Position numbers and translations under genes: made by a program
NCBI GenBank assembly: GCA_965248835.1
Contig: CBDFLJ010000001.1
Coordinates: 2,208,001-2,272,000, forward strand
Direction: 5' to 3'
Source: Alphaproteobacteria bacterium
GTDB taxonomy: Bacteria; Pseudomonadota; Alphaproteobacteria; MPNO01
DNA: 64,000 nucleotides
Shown: one piece after another, positions 28,533 to 39,825 of the stretch
Layout of the letters: each line of letters starts with the position of its first letter
Numbering within the stretch: position 1 is the first letter of the stretch
The notes under the pieces: generated by a model
What the model was told of the DNA's origin: nothing
Database searches by the model: none
What the model saw: only the letters and a program-made list of their open reading frames with translations

Positions 28533-28925
28533 GATGGGAGCGTGCCGCGGCTGCGTATGCTCGATCGATCGGCCGCCACACGACACGCACCGGTGGTGCA
28601 TTGAGCGAGGCCAGACCGGTTCGCCTTCACCATAAGTGTTTCGTTTAGCAACAGTCTCTTAGGCCGAAATCGGCCTATGGCCTCGATCCCCTGCGCGGGC
28701 CGCGTTGTCTGTCCAAAACCGCCGTCCTGTTACCTGCGAACGGACGGCGCCTTCGCCCGAGCTATGGGATACAGGGCCGAGCCACCTTCGGTGCCAAACG
28801 AGGCGGAGGACGGTGCTACTTTGGCTGTCATACCTGAGTTCTCAAGACCCAGAAGGTCAGCCGTGCCGGGCGGGGTGCGGAAGATTTGGCTACACATTTG
28901 TGTGCCCAATGGTTACACTGCTGCC

Positions 28926-29120
28926 ATGGCAACGAAAAATGCAGGGCTTCGAATCAGAGTCGAGCGCCCGCTTCGCGACATGTTCCTAGACGCGTGCCGC
29001 TCCGAAGACAAGCCTGCGGCGCAGGTGATACGCGAGTTTATGCGCGAGTATATTGCGAAGCGCCGGGCGGAAGCGCAAGGCTCGTTATTCGCCGGGGAGC
29101 CACTGAAAAAGAAACGATAA
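28926..29120 (+). CDS. Ribbon-helix-helix protein, putative RM regulator
   Basis: LRIRVE...F..AC...AAQVIREFMREYI; ends 4 bp before mod. Confidence 0.75.
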   Translation: MATKNAGLRIRVERPLRDMFLDACRSEDKPAAQVIREFMREYIAKRRAEAQGSLFAGEPLKKKR

Positions 29121-29124
29121 CCCT

Positions 29125-30999
29125 ATGGTAGAGCAACAACATTCGAAACAAAGGGAGCGCGTCGCGGGCGAATCGCCTTCTCTCCGCGACGAGCTTGTCG
29201 CCCAGCTCTGCCTTCTGACGCCGCAGGCGTTTACTGAAGACCGCGTCGATTTCGCGAAACTCCGCGAGATCCTCGGGGATCAAATCGATGACAGGCCGGA
29301 ACGGTTTTCGTTTACATGGGCCGGGCGGCGGGACGCCGCCGCGATACTGCAGGCCCCCACGAGCGCAACGCTGGTCCCCGATACGGATGAAAGCATCAAC
29401 TTTACGAAAGCGCAGCACGCCTTCATCGAAGGAGAAAACCTTGAGACACTCAAGGTTATCTACCGGGCATATTTCGGCCGAGTGAAGATGATCTATCTCG
29501 ACCCACCCTACAACACCGGCAATGATTTCATATACCCAGACAACTTCGCCGATCCGCTCGATCATTACCTGCGCATCACCGGACAGAAGAACGGCGACGG
29601 CGAGTACATGTCATCGGCCCCCGAGACGGGCGGGCGTTATCACTCCGCGTGGCTGTCGATGATATATCCGCGCCTTGTCATGGCGCGGCAACTCCTGGAC
29701 GAGGACGGCGTGGTCTGCGTCAGCATATCCGACCACGAGGTTGCGGCGCTCAAGTTCCTTCTCAACGAGATCTTCGGCGAGGAAAACTTCATCGCCCAGT
29801 TCGTATGGAAAAGTCGCAAGTTTCCGGACTCGCGCTCGACTATGCAGGTCTCGATCGATCATGAATACCTGCTCGCATACCGCCGCAGCCGCGAAGGTCT
29901 GTTCCGCGGCAGCGAACGCGACGAGACGAAGTTCCAGAACCCGGACGACGATCCGCGCGGCCCATGGATGAGCCGCAGCATGCTGGGGCTCGCCACGGCC
30001 GAGCAACGGCCAAATCTGCATTTCCCAATCACCGATTCCGCAACGGGCATCACGTATCAGCCGGCCGCGAACCGCGGCTGGCGGTACTCCAAAAACCGAA
30101 TGCAAAAGCTGGTCGATGAAGGATGTGTCCTGTTCCCGTCGAAACCCGATGGACGGCCGCGCGAAAAGAAATTCAAGAAGGACCTCCAGCATCAGTTCAT
30201 GGCGTTCCCGACGATTATCGACGACGTTCATACTTCGCACGGGACGGAGGAAGTCCGAGAAATTTTCGGCTTCCATGCGTTTGACTTTCCCAAGCCCGTC
30301 GAACTGTTACGCCGTTTCGTCGAACAGCTTTCCTTGGACGACGATATTGTCATGGATTTCTTCGCCGGTTCCTGTTCGACGGCCCATGCCGTCATGAAAC
30401 AGAACCGCATGGACGGCGGGCACCGCCGGTATATCTGCGTGCAGCTTCCCGAGCCAATGGACGCGGACAGCGAGACCGCGCGCCGCGGCTACAAGACCAT
30501 AAGCCAGCTCGGGCTTCACAGGATTCGCATGGCGGCGAAGATGCTCGCCGATGAGGAGAGCACGATGTTGGCCGACGGCAACGGCGATGTGGCCAATCTT
30601 GCCGTGCGCGTGTTCCGACTCGACGAATCGAATATCCGCCGCTGGATCGGCGTCGAGACCAAGGACGCCGAGGCATACGCGGAACAACTCGACGCTTTCA
30701 CCGACACCCTTGTGCCTGGCTGGAAGCCGGAGAACGTCATCTGGGAGATTGCGCTGCGCGAGGGCTACGCGCTCACCTCCGAGATCGAAAAACTCGAGCT
30801 GAATGGGCAGACCGTCTGGCGCGTGACCGATCCCGAACGCGAGCAAAACTTCCATATCTGCCTTGACGACACGCTCGGCACGGAGGTTGTTCGCACAATG
30901 GGGCTGACGCGCGACGACCTGTTCGTCTGCCGCGACGTCGCGCTCGACGACACGCTCGCCGCCAACTTGGCGCTCCAGTGCCGCCTGAAGGTCCTGTGA
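29125..30999 (+). CDS. mod: Type III restriction-modification methyltransferase (Mod)
   Basis: IEGENLE, YLDPPYNTG, HSAWLSM, FPKP, DFFAGS. Confidence 0.93.
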   Translation: MVEQQHSKQRERVAGESPSLRDELVAQLCLLTPQAFTEDRVDFAKLREILGDQIDDRPERFSFTWAGRRDAAAILQAPTSATLVPDTDESINFTKAQHAFIEGENLETLKVIYRAYFGRVKMIYLDPPYNTGNDFIYPDNFADPLDHYLRITGQKNGDGEYMSSAPETGGRYHSAWLSMIYPRLVMARQLLDEDGVVCVSISDHEVAALKFLLNEIFGEENFIAQFVWKSRKFPDSRSTMQVSIDHEYLLAYRRSREGLFRGSERDETKFQNPDDDPRGPWMSRSMLGLATAEQRPNLHFPITDSATGITYQPAANRGWRYSKNRMQKLVDEGCVLFPSKPDGRPREKKFKKDLQHQFMAFPTIIDDVHTSHGTEEVREIFGFHAFDFPKPVELLRRFVEQLSLDDDIVMDFFAGSCSTAHAVMKQNRMDGGHRRYICVQLPEPMDADSETARRGYKTISQLGLHRIRMAAKMLADEESTMLADGNGDVANLAVRVFRLDESNIRRWIGVETKDAEAYAEQLDAFTDTLVPGWKPENVIWEIALREGYALTSEIEKLELNGQTVWRVTDPEREQNFHICLDDTLGTEVVRTMGLTRDDLFVCRDVALDDTLAANLALQCRLKVL

Positions 31000-31005
31000 G
31001 GCGCC

Positions 31006-33743
31006 ATGGAATTCCGCTTCGACGCAACGCAGGAATACCAGCTCGCAGCCATCGAAGCCGTCTGCGGTCTGCTTGAAGGGCAGGCCTATGTCCGCAGCGA
31101 GCTGATCATACCGGACAACGGCGCGTTCTCCGCGATCGCCAACCGGCTCGACTTGTCGGAGGATACGCTGCTCAAGAACCTCCATACGGTTCAGGAGGAC
31201 GCCGGGATAGAAGCCGACGACGGATTGAAGCTTATCACTGGTATGTTGCTCGACGAAGGTCCGGACGACAGGGACTCCGAGGTTCAGTTTCCAAACTTTT
31301 CCGTCGAGATGGAGACCGGGACGGGGAAGACCTATGTTTACTTGCGCACCTCGATGGAGATGTTCCGACGTTTCGGCCTGCGCAAGTTCATCATCGTCGT
31401 ACCGTCCGTGGCCGTGCGCGAGGGCGTTTACAAGGCGCTCCAGGTCACCGAAGCTCATCTCAACGCGCTCTACGACAATCCGCCGTACCGCTACTACGTC
31501 TACGATTCGGCCAATCTGAGTCAGGTGCGCCAGTTTGCGCTCTCCGACGGGCTCGAGATCATGGTCATGACCATCGACGCCTTTGCGCGCGCCGAGAACG
31601 TCATCCGCCAATCGACGGACCGGCTGCAGGGCGAGCGGCCGCTAAGCCTGATCCAGGCCAGTCGGCCCGTACTGATCCTCGATGAGCCACAGAACATGGA
31701 AAGCGAGAACCGCATTTCGGCGCTCGCCAGCCTGCACCCGTTGTTCGCGTTGCGCTACAGCGCGACGCACCGGAATCCCTACAACCTCATCTACGGTCTT
31801 ACGCCTTACGACGCCTACCGGCAGGGACTTGTTAAGCGGATCGAGGTCGCCTCAGTAATCGAAGACGTCGTTGCGCTTGAGACAACCAGAACCAGCCCTT
31901 CCTGCGCCTCGACGAGATCAAAATCCAGTCGAAGAAGCCCGCAGCGCGGCTCGGAATTCACAAGCTGATGAAAAGCGGTGCGATCAAGGAAACCGTGCTG
32001 ACCATTAAGGGCGACGACGACCTAGAGAAGAAGACCGGGCGTGTTGATTACCAAGGCTATGTCGTCGAAGAAATCAGCTACGGCGGCAAGTTTGTTCGCT
32101 TCGCTAACAACGTCGAGCTTCGCATCGGTGAGGCGGTTGGCGTCGAGAAGGTGGCGATTTTCGAGGCGCAGCTTCGCTATACGATCGAGGAACATTTTCG
32201 CAAACAGGCGCGCTTCCGGGACCAAGGGATCAAGGTCCTTTCCCTGTTCTTCATCGACAGGGTTAACAACTATGTCGCGGAGGACGGGGTCATACGGGAA
32301 CTGTTCGACGGCGCCTTCAACGAATTGAAGGCGTCGTATCCAGAGTGGCGCGACGGGAATCCCAAAGACGTGCGGGCCGCATATTTCGCCACGAAGGCAA
32401 AGAGAGGCGGTGCGGTCGAGTACCTAGATACGACCGGCAAGAGCAAGGCGGACGAGGAAGCGTTCAGCCTAATCATGCAGCGCAAAGAGGACCTGCTGTC
32501 GTTCGAGGAGCCCGTGTCCTTCATCTTCTCGCACTCGGCCCTGCGAGAAGGCTGGGACAATCCGAATGTTTTCCAGATTTGCACCATGCGGGAGGTCGGC
32601 TCCGATACAGAACGTCGCCAGCAGGTCGGCCGCGGTGTTCGCCTACCAGTCAACCAGGAGGGCGAACGCATACAAGACGAGCGGATCAATGTGCTGACCG
32701 TCGTCGCAAGCGAGACCTACGAGCGGTTCGTCGCCGGACTGCAAAGCGAAATCGAGGCCGAATACGGCAAGGACGGCACGCCGCCGCCACCGCCGGATGC
32801 GCGCAAGAAGACGACGCTGCGGTTGCGCAAGGCGCATACGCTGAAGCCCGAGTTCAAGGAACTGTGGGACCGTATCAGGTACAAGACGCGCTACGCAGTC
32901 ACCATCGACAGCCACCGGCTTGTCGAGGATGTCCTGCCCGGCCTTGATGGCGCAGCGATCCGCAAACCGCGCGTGTCGATCTCGAAGGCGGAAGTGATCG
33001 CCAACGACAAGGATACGTTTGAGGCGCTGACGCAGAGCGGCGCGCGGACCGCCATCGATCTTGCGGGCCGATACCCGCTTCCGAACCTCGTCGAGATCAT
33101 GGAAAACCTGATGGAGAACACCTCACCGCCGATGCGCGTGAGTCGCCGGACGTTGTTGGAGATATTTCGGCGCACGGGCAACCGCGAGGCAGCGCTGGAC
33201 AATCCCCATGAATTCGCGACGGTGGCCATCGGCATCGTCAAGAGCAAACTCGCCGACCAGCTCGTCGAGGGGATTCGCTACGAAAAGCTCGACAAATGGT
33301 ACGAAATGACACTTTTCGACTCCGAGATCGAGACTTGGGCCGATTACATCGTGCCGAGTACGGAACGGAACGGCGCCGGTGGCACGCATATCTACGACGG
33401 CGTCCCGTTCGACTCCGAGACCATCGAGAAGCCGTTTATCGAAGCGCTGGAGAGGCGGAAGGACGTGAAGCTTTATGTCAAGCTTCCATCCTGGTTCACC
33501 GTCGCGACGCCGATCGGCGCCTACAACCCGGACTGGGCGATCGTCATGGAGAACCCGGACGGCAGCGACCTGCTCTATCTCATCCGTGAAACCAAGGGCA
33601 CGCTCGACCTCGACGCGCTGCGCCCGGACGAGAAGCGTAAGATTTTGTGCGGACGGAAACATTTCCGGGACACGCTGGAGATGGGGCAACGCGGCTACCG
33701 CGTCGTCACGGAAACCTCTCAGTTACCGGATGGAGGTGTCTAA
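31006..33743 (+). pseudogene. res: Type III restriction endonuclease (Res), frameshifted near 31867-31880
   Basis: METGTGKT, DEPQ, YSATH in the first frame; EGWDNPN, QQVGRGVR, YNPDWA, ETKG in the second. Confidence 0.9.
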
Positions 33744-33791
33744 TGCGGAATGGATGCTCCATGCCGACAAATTGCTTATCGAGCCTTCGCC

Positions 33792-35624
33792 ATGCGAATT
33801 GATCGCGTCCAGATAGAGGAAGGCTTCCTTGACGGTCTCGACGTATCGTTTGCATCGGGGCTTAACGTCATTATCGGCGAGCGCGGGACAGGTAAGACAT
33901 CGCTTATCGAACTCGTCCGGTTTTGCCTCGGTGTGCAGGGGTCCACGCCAGACTCGGATAAACGGAGCCTGGATCACGCGCGCTCCATACTGGGGAGCGG
34001 TCGGGTGACGGTCTCGCTGTCCGATGGCGAGCAGAAAATACTGGTGACACGCACCGCTTCCGATGAGTCGCCCCGCGCATCGGCTCCGTACGTTCGCCCG
34101 ATCATTTTTTCGCAGACTGAAATTGAAACCGTCGGACTTCAGGCTCAAGGTCGAATCGGGCTGCTCGACGGTTTCGCTGGCGACCAAAAGGAAACGGAGG
34201 CCCGCGAGTCCGAGGCGGCTTCAGAAGTACGCTCCCTCACTGCCGAAGCGGAAGCGCTGTGTCGCGAGATCGACGAACTCGCGAGCCAGGTAGAGGAAAT
34301 CCCCGCCCTTAACAAGCAAATTGCCGAACTCGTCCCGCAGGAACACAAACTGGCCAAGGTTTCCGCGGACGTCAACGAAAAGAAGAACCAGCTCGACGCG
34401 ATCTCCGCCAATATCGCCGCATCCGCCGTCGGCGTCGGCGCGATCGAGCGATTTCACCATTCCGTTTCCAGGTGGCAATCAACGCTTTCGTCCGCTCCAC
34501 CCCCTCTTGAACCTTGGCCGGAAGACGCCGGGCCCGATCCGCTCGAGAAATGTCGCGCAAGCGTCAAGCGCGCCAAAAATCACCTGAACAAGGCTCTCCG
34601 GGAACTACAGAGCGCCCTGTCCGAAGCGGAGTCGCATCTTCGATCATCGCACGGCAACAAGCTCAACATCGAAGATCGTGCCAGGCAATTGCGCAAGGAG
34701 GTCGAGACTTTTCAGGAAGGGGCGGGTGCGATTGTCCGTCAGGGGCAGCAGCTCCGAGAGCGCAAGGCACAACTAGAATCGCTCAAGAACGTACTAGCCG
34801 AGCGGCAGAAAGCGCTCAAGTCCCTTCTTGCGCAGCGCAACGCCGCTCTGGACCGACTGGATTCGATCAGGGAACAGCGCTTCAGCGTGCGCAACGCTGT
34901 GGCCACGCAACTGACCGAAACCCTCGGACCGCGCATCCGCGTCAAGATCTCCCGCGCTGGACAGTTCGAAGCCTTTGCAGCTGCCATAGCCGCCGCGCTG
35001 CGCGGCAGCGGCCTGCGCTACAACGAACTTTCCTCGACTCTCGCCGGAAACGTCAGTCCGCGCGAGCTGCTCGAAGCGGTGGACACAAATGATTTTGATC
35101 TTATCGCCGAAGCCACAGGAATCACGAAGGACCGGGCCGCGCGCGCGTTAGGTCAGTTGCGCGAATGCGATCTCGGTGCACTGGCCACTGTTGCCGTAGA
35201 GGATACCGTCGCGTTGCAGCTTCTCGACGGCGCGGATTACAAGGGCATCGTCGAGGTGTCCACCGGGCAGCGCTGTACAGTGGTTCTTCCGCTCGTCCTC
35301 CGGCATACCGAACGAGTCCTCATCGTCGATCAACCCGAGGACCATATCGACAACGCGTTCATCACGGATACGCTGATCGTCTCTGTACTCGCGCGGGGAC
35401 CGGACAGCCAGATCATCTTCTCGACGCATAACGCGAACATCCCTGTGCTGGGGAACGCGGATCGGGTGGTACAGCTCGGCTCCGACGGGAGGCGCGGGTT
35501 CCCCGTCCTGGCATCGAATCTCGACGATCCGCCCGTCGTTAACGCGATAACGACTGTCATGGAAGGTGGCGCCGACGCCTTCAAACAGCGCGCGACATTC
35601 TACAGCCGCTACGAAACGCCATGA
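33792..35624 (+). CDS. ABC/SMC-like ATPase (TrlF/Ppl-type, no PHP domain)
   Basis: GERGTGKT, FSQTEIE, coiled coil, STGQ, DQPEDHIDN, THNANIP. Confidence 0.88.
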   Translation: MRIDRVQIEEGFLDGLDVSFASGLNVIIGERGTGKTSLIELVRFCLGVQGSTPDSDKRSLDHARSILGSGRVTVSLSDGEQKILVTRTASDESPRASAPYVRPIIFSQTEIETVGLQAQGRIGLLDGFAGDQKETEARESEAASEVRSLTAEAEALCREIDELASQVEEIPALNKQIAELVPQEHKLAKVSADVNEKKNQLDAISANIAASAVGVGAIERFHHSVSRWQSTLSSAPPPLEPWPEDAGPDPLEKCRASVKRAKNHLNKALRELQSALSEAESHLRSSHGNKLNIEDRARQLRKEVETFQEGAGAIVRQGQQLRERKAQLESLKNVLAERQKALKSLLAQRNAALDRLDSIREQRFSVRNAVATQLTETLGPRIRVKISRAGQFEAFAAAIAAALRGSGLRYNELSSTLAGNVSPRELLEAVDTNDFDLIAEATGITKDRAARALGQLRECDLGALATVAVEDTVALQLLDGADYKGIVEVSTGQRCTVVLPLVLRHTERVLIVDQPEDHIDNAFITDTLIVSVLARGPDSQIIFSTHNANIPVLGNADRVVQLGSDGRRGFPVLASNLDDPPVVNAITTVMEGGADAFKQRATFYSRYETP

Positions 35625-37450
35625 CGCGGCAAGAGGCGCTAGACACGCTCTTGTCCAGCTCTGCACATGACCGGCTGAAGGCCGTGCGCTTCCTTGTACA
35701 CAACAGCAACCCGTCCGATCTTCAGGCCCTGCGTGACACTCTTAGAGCCGATCCGGAAAGTTTGAATCTATGGTGAGTGTGTTGCGGCGAGTCTGCGCAG
35801 CATGATGCGGATCATGGCGAGTCGGATGAAGGCGACGACGGATCGAACGTGACGTTCGAAGTCGCGAGCGAGGCGCCTGTTGCGGCTGATCCAGGCGAAG
35901 GTGCGTTCGACAATCCAACGCTTTGGCAGCACCTCGAAGCGGGGCACGTCGTTGCGCTTGACGATCTCGAGCCGCCACCCCCCGGTCTTGGCGACAGTCG
36001 CGGCCATCTTCGGTCCCTGATAGCCGCCGTCGGCGTAGATCACCTCGATGAATGGGAACCGTCGCCGGGTGCGGCGCAAGAGCTCGTGGGCACCGTCGCG
36101 ATCCTGAACGTCGCCGGAATGCACCACGATGCCCAGCATCAGGCCGAGCGTGTCGACCATGATGTGCCGCTTGCGACCGGTGACCTTCTTGCCCGCATCG
36201 AAGCCTTGATCGTCGATCGACGCCCCCCTTTTTGCGCCGCCTTGGCGCTCTGGCTGTCGATGACCGCGGCCGACGGGCTGGCTTCGCGTCCTTCCTCATC
36301 GCGCACCGCGACGTAGAGTTCATGATGGATCCGCTCCAGCGTGCCATCCCACTCCCATAGATCGAAATAGTCGTACACCGTCGACTTCGGCGGCAGATCC
36401 TTGGGCAGTGCATTCCACTGGCAGCCCGTGGACAGCACGGTGAAGATGCCGTTCAGAACCTCGCGCACGTCGACTGAGCGCTTGCGCCCGCCGCGCTTGG
36501 CAGGCGGGATCATTGGCGCGATCAGCGCCCACTCGGCGTCGGTCAGATCACTCGGATAGCGAAGTCCGCGACGCTCCGCCGCGCGGCGGTGTTCCGCAGT
36601 CCACATCGGGCTTCCTCCTGTAAACCGGATGCCCAGCACAGAATCACAAACGATTCTTCCGATTCAAGAACTTTCCGGAAGGGCTCTTAGAAGCGAAACC
36701 GTTTCCTATGTACGCACCGGTCTGGAGCTTGCTATCAAGCGGGCGTCGAATATTGCATCTCCTGAAGTTGAATCTACCTCGGAGGAATTTGAGATTCCTC
36801 CAGATGTACGGGGCCAAATTCGGAACGAGGTCACGGAGGAAGTCACCGGGCAAATCCTGCACGAGATTGCGTCCCCCGTCGGTCTGATCGCTTCAGCCGC
36901 CGCGCGTGAAATCCCTGACTATGAGCATTCTAGGACCAGAAAACATGTAGAAAACCTGAAGCGGGTTTTCGAGGCGATCGAACAACTGAAAAGCGCTGCG
37001 GCGGTTCCAAGGCCCGAAGAATTCGATCTGGCCGAACTGCTTGCCGAGATTGTATCGGAGGCAGTCGGAAGCGACCCAGTACAAGTCTCGTTGCATGGCA
37101 CAAAGCCGATGTTGGTCACATCCGACCGCGCCCTGCTACGACTGGCGGTCTCCAACGGCATACGAAATGCAGTTGAAGCCGTTACTGGCGCTCCCGGCGA
37201 CGAACCACATCCGATCATTGTGGCCTGGGGCGCAACCGACGTCGATTACTGGGTCACGGTGTTGGATCGTGGCCCTGGGGTGGTCGGTCCGGCGGAATCC
37301 GCCTTCGGTATCGGCAAGACCACAAAGAAGGGACATAGCGGGTTCGGACTGACCATCGCCAGGCAGGCGATCGAGACGTTGGGAGGCATGTGCACGTTGC
37401 AGCCTGTGACGGAAGGCGGCGCCCGGTTCGAGTTACGGTGGGAACGATGA
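35621..37450 (+). pseudogene. Soluble histidine kinase with a helical (HEAT-like) N-terminus, interrupted by IS5
   Basis: Removing the IS restores DTL-RSETVSY; LHEIASP H-box, NGIRNA N-box, DRGPG, GFGL. Confidence 0.85.
35745..36686 (-). mobile_element. IS5-family element (IS1031-like), 942 bp, TTA target duplication
   Basis: IRs GAGCCGATCCGGAAAGTT / AACTTTCCGGAAGGGCTC; orfA YPSDLTDAEW and orfB KRWIVERTF joined at an AAAAAGGGGGG slip site (~36223-36233). Confidence 0.93.
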
Positions 37451-38874
37451 CGCTGCATTTGCTCATCGTTGAGGACGACGAAGACTTCGTCGAAGAGCTG
37501 CGCGAGACTATAGCGCTCCTGCCCGGTGACAGCGATATCCGAGTCGCCCGCAGCCGAGACCAAGCGTACGAGATGTTGGAGGACGGTTTTCTTGACCTGG
37601 TGACACTCGATCTCAAAATACCGACGGTCAGCGGCGCTCTCGATGCTCACCCGGAACACGGGCATGCCGTCTTCAACCGGATTCGTAAGGTTGCGCCCGG
37701 CACGCCGATCTTCGTGCTGACCGGCTCGCCTGCCGAGGACTTTCTTCCTGAGCTGTTGATGAACCAGCAACGGATCGACGTCTGGAGCGAAGGGGAGGCG
37801 ACCGGGACCATCCTATTCCTCAAGAAATACGACATTGACAGGTGTCCGGAAGTTCTGAAGCCGATCGCACAGGCGATCGATCGCCTGTCAGATGTAGAAC
37901 TGGAGGGAGGGGGTCTCAACTTGAGTCTCGCCGAAGACCGGCTGATTCGGATATTCGCGAGGAAGTTTCAGGGGGTGCGTTGCACCGTATCTGAACTCGG
38001 GGGCGGCCTGTCGGGCGCCCGCGTCATCCGCCTCCGCGTTACCGACCACCAGGGCGTACTGGTGCATGATGCCGTGGCGAAACTCTCGACGCCCGCTGAT
38101 ATTCAGAGGGAGGGCGGCTGCTACGACGCACACCTGACCCGGCTCGCCCCTGCCGCTACGCCGAGAATGCTTGCTACCCTGAAATACGGAGCACACAAAC
38201 TGGCAGGGATTTTCTTCGGTCTTGCTGAGGGATCGGACGCATCCGCGTTCGATATCGCCGGCAGTTCGCCTGAGAGGGCCGAAGCCATAATTCGAAGCGT
38301 GGAAACCGCGATGGCACCATGGGTAAACGGGGTTCCGGAGACACGCACGACGATCCGGCGGATTCGACAGCGGCTTCTCAATGACCAGTACCTCGACCAA
38401 GTTCGGGATTCATTTGATCTCGACTGGATTCAGAATTTCGAACACCGAGAAATACAAACGCGGTGGGCGTGCAGTCACGGGGACCTTCACGGTAAGAATA
38501 TTATTGTGTCACCCGCCGGCACGGAGTTGATCGACTACGGCGATGTGGGCGATGGCCCGGCGAGCTTGGACCCTATCACACTCGAACTGAGTTTGCTCTT
38601 TCATCCCGACGCACCCGACAAGGACGGCCCATGGCCCTCCGCTTTACAGGCTAACGCGTGGGGGGATCTGGAGGTCTACCTCGACCGCTGTCCGTTCCCC
38701 GATTTCGTGCGGGAATGTCGAGCCTGGGCCTTGCGCGTGACCGCCGGGAACAGGGAAGTTGCGGCGTCGGCATACAGCTACCTGGTAAGGCAGCTCAAAT
38801 ACGAAGATACGGACAAGGATCTCGCTCTCGCTTTACTTGACGGTGTCCGATCCTTTTACGACAGAAGCTCATGA
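37447..38874 (+). CDS. Receiver domain fused to an APH/protein-kinase-like phosphotransferase
   Basis: LIVEDD...LDLKIP...VLTG; GGGLSGARV, HGDLHGKN, IDYG. Confidence 0.85.
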   Translation: MTLHLLIVEDDEDFVEELRETIALLPGDSDIRVARSRDQAYEMLEDGFLDLVTLDLKIPTVSGALDAHPEHGHAVFNRIRKVAPGTPIFVLTGSPAEDFLPELLMNQQRIDVWSEGEATGTILFLKKYDIDRCPEVLKPIAQAIDRLSDVELEGGGLNLSLAEDRLIRIFARKFQGVRCTVSELGGGLSGARVIRLRVTDHQGVLVHDAVAKLSTPADIQREGGCYDAHLTRLAPAATPRMLATLKYGAHKLAGIFFGLAEGSDASAFDIAGSSPERAEAIIRSVETAMAPWVNGVPETRTTIRRIRQRLLNDQYLDQVRDSFDLDWIQNFEHREIQTRWACSHGDLHGKNIIVSPAGTELIDYGDVGDGPASLDPITLELSLLFHPDAPDKDGPWPSALQANAWGDLEVYLDRCPFPDFVRECRAWALRVTAGNREVAASAYSYLVRQLKYEDTDKDLALALLDGVRSFYDRSS

Positions 38875-39146
38875 TCGTCATGTCGCAATAACAAACGCCG
38901 TTCTTCCACGCGCTCTGGCGCGCCACCGCTGCCGGTCCGACGCAATGCTCGAAGCAGAAGCTGGTCGACTGAATATAGAAGCACACGTCCAACGGCGTGA
39001 GGTGCTGGAGGCCCTCTCTGGCACGCCGATCGCGGCCTACATTACTCTCCGGGATTTCGAGCGAGCGGGCCCGCGGTCTTGCATGTCGGTGCACTCCGGG
39101 GGCTTCCCGGCCTTAACCGGCTCCGGCGACTTCGATCCATGGACCG

Positions 39147-39402
39147 TCAATTCACCACGGCATCGGCGTCTGGCTCCTGTGCCGGACCGCCGTTGAGGAC
39201 CGACGCGGTATTGGATGTCACCCGCTCGGCCGCGGCCTTGACCGGGTCCGCGGCGAGGTGGGCGTAGCGCGCCGTGGTCTGGACCTGGGTGTGGCCGAGC
39301 AACTTGCCGATCATCGGCAGGCTTTCGCCAAGGGCCACGCCGCCCGACGCGAAGCTGTGGCGGAGGTCGGTGAGGCCGACCGGCAAATCGAGATGCCGCC
39401 TT
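39147..39402 (-). pseudogene. Duplicate 3' fragment of the 39826-41163 integrase
   Basis: DLRHSFAS...GKLLGHTQVQTTARYAHLAADPVKAAAERVTSN, near-identical to the full gene. Confidence 0.88.
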
Positions 39403-39546
39403 TGGGCCGCGACGAACAGAAACGTCATCCGCCAGTTTCCCGCGGCCTGCCGCGCGCACGACCTCCCGAACACGCGCACGATTTCGCTCCCTCATGATTC
39501 CATAGTGATTCCATGGGCCGAAACTTCGATGCTGGCCAGACAAGCA

Positions 39547-39579
39547 AAAGCCCGTTAAGTCTTTGACTTAACGGGCTTT
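39547..39579 (-). terminator. Intrinsic terminator after att B
   Basis: AAAGCCCGTTAAGTC-TTT-GACTTAACGGGCTTT. Confidence 0.85.
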
Positions 39580-39582
39580 ATT

Positions 39583-39627
39583 TGGTTGCGGGGGTTGGAT
39601 TTGAACCAACGACCTTCAGGTTATGAG
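39583..39627 (-). repeat. att site B: inverted 3' half of tRNA-Met, identical to att A
   Basis: Exact reverse complement of 8112-8156. Confidence 0.9.
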
Positions 39628-39825
39628 GTGACATCTCCGCCGCAGCGCGCGCGGGCCGTGCCTCCATCCCAAAGCCGCCTCGAGACTGGCGGACACGTCG
39701 TCTGCTACCTGCTTGACCGGATCCGCCGCGAGGTGGGCGTAGCGCGCCGAGGTCTCGACCTGGGAGCGCCCCGGGGGGCTTCCCGGCCTTGAACGAGCCC
39801 GGACGACGCTGACACGATAGACCCG

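Noticed and set aside
28632-28677. Recombination site or terminator after the lysis genes (TAGGCCGA-AA-TCGGCCTA)
   Set aside because: The palindrome is real but short, with no U tract or matching partner site to support a function
36223-36233. IS5 transposase inactivated by a frameshift
   Set aside because: The A5G6 run is the usual programmed frameshift site in two-ORF IS5 members
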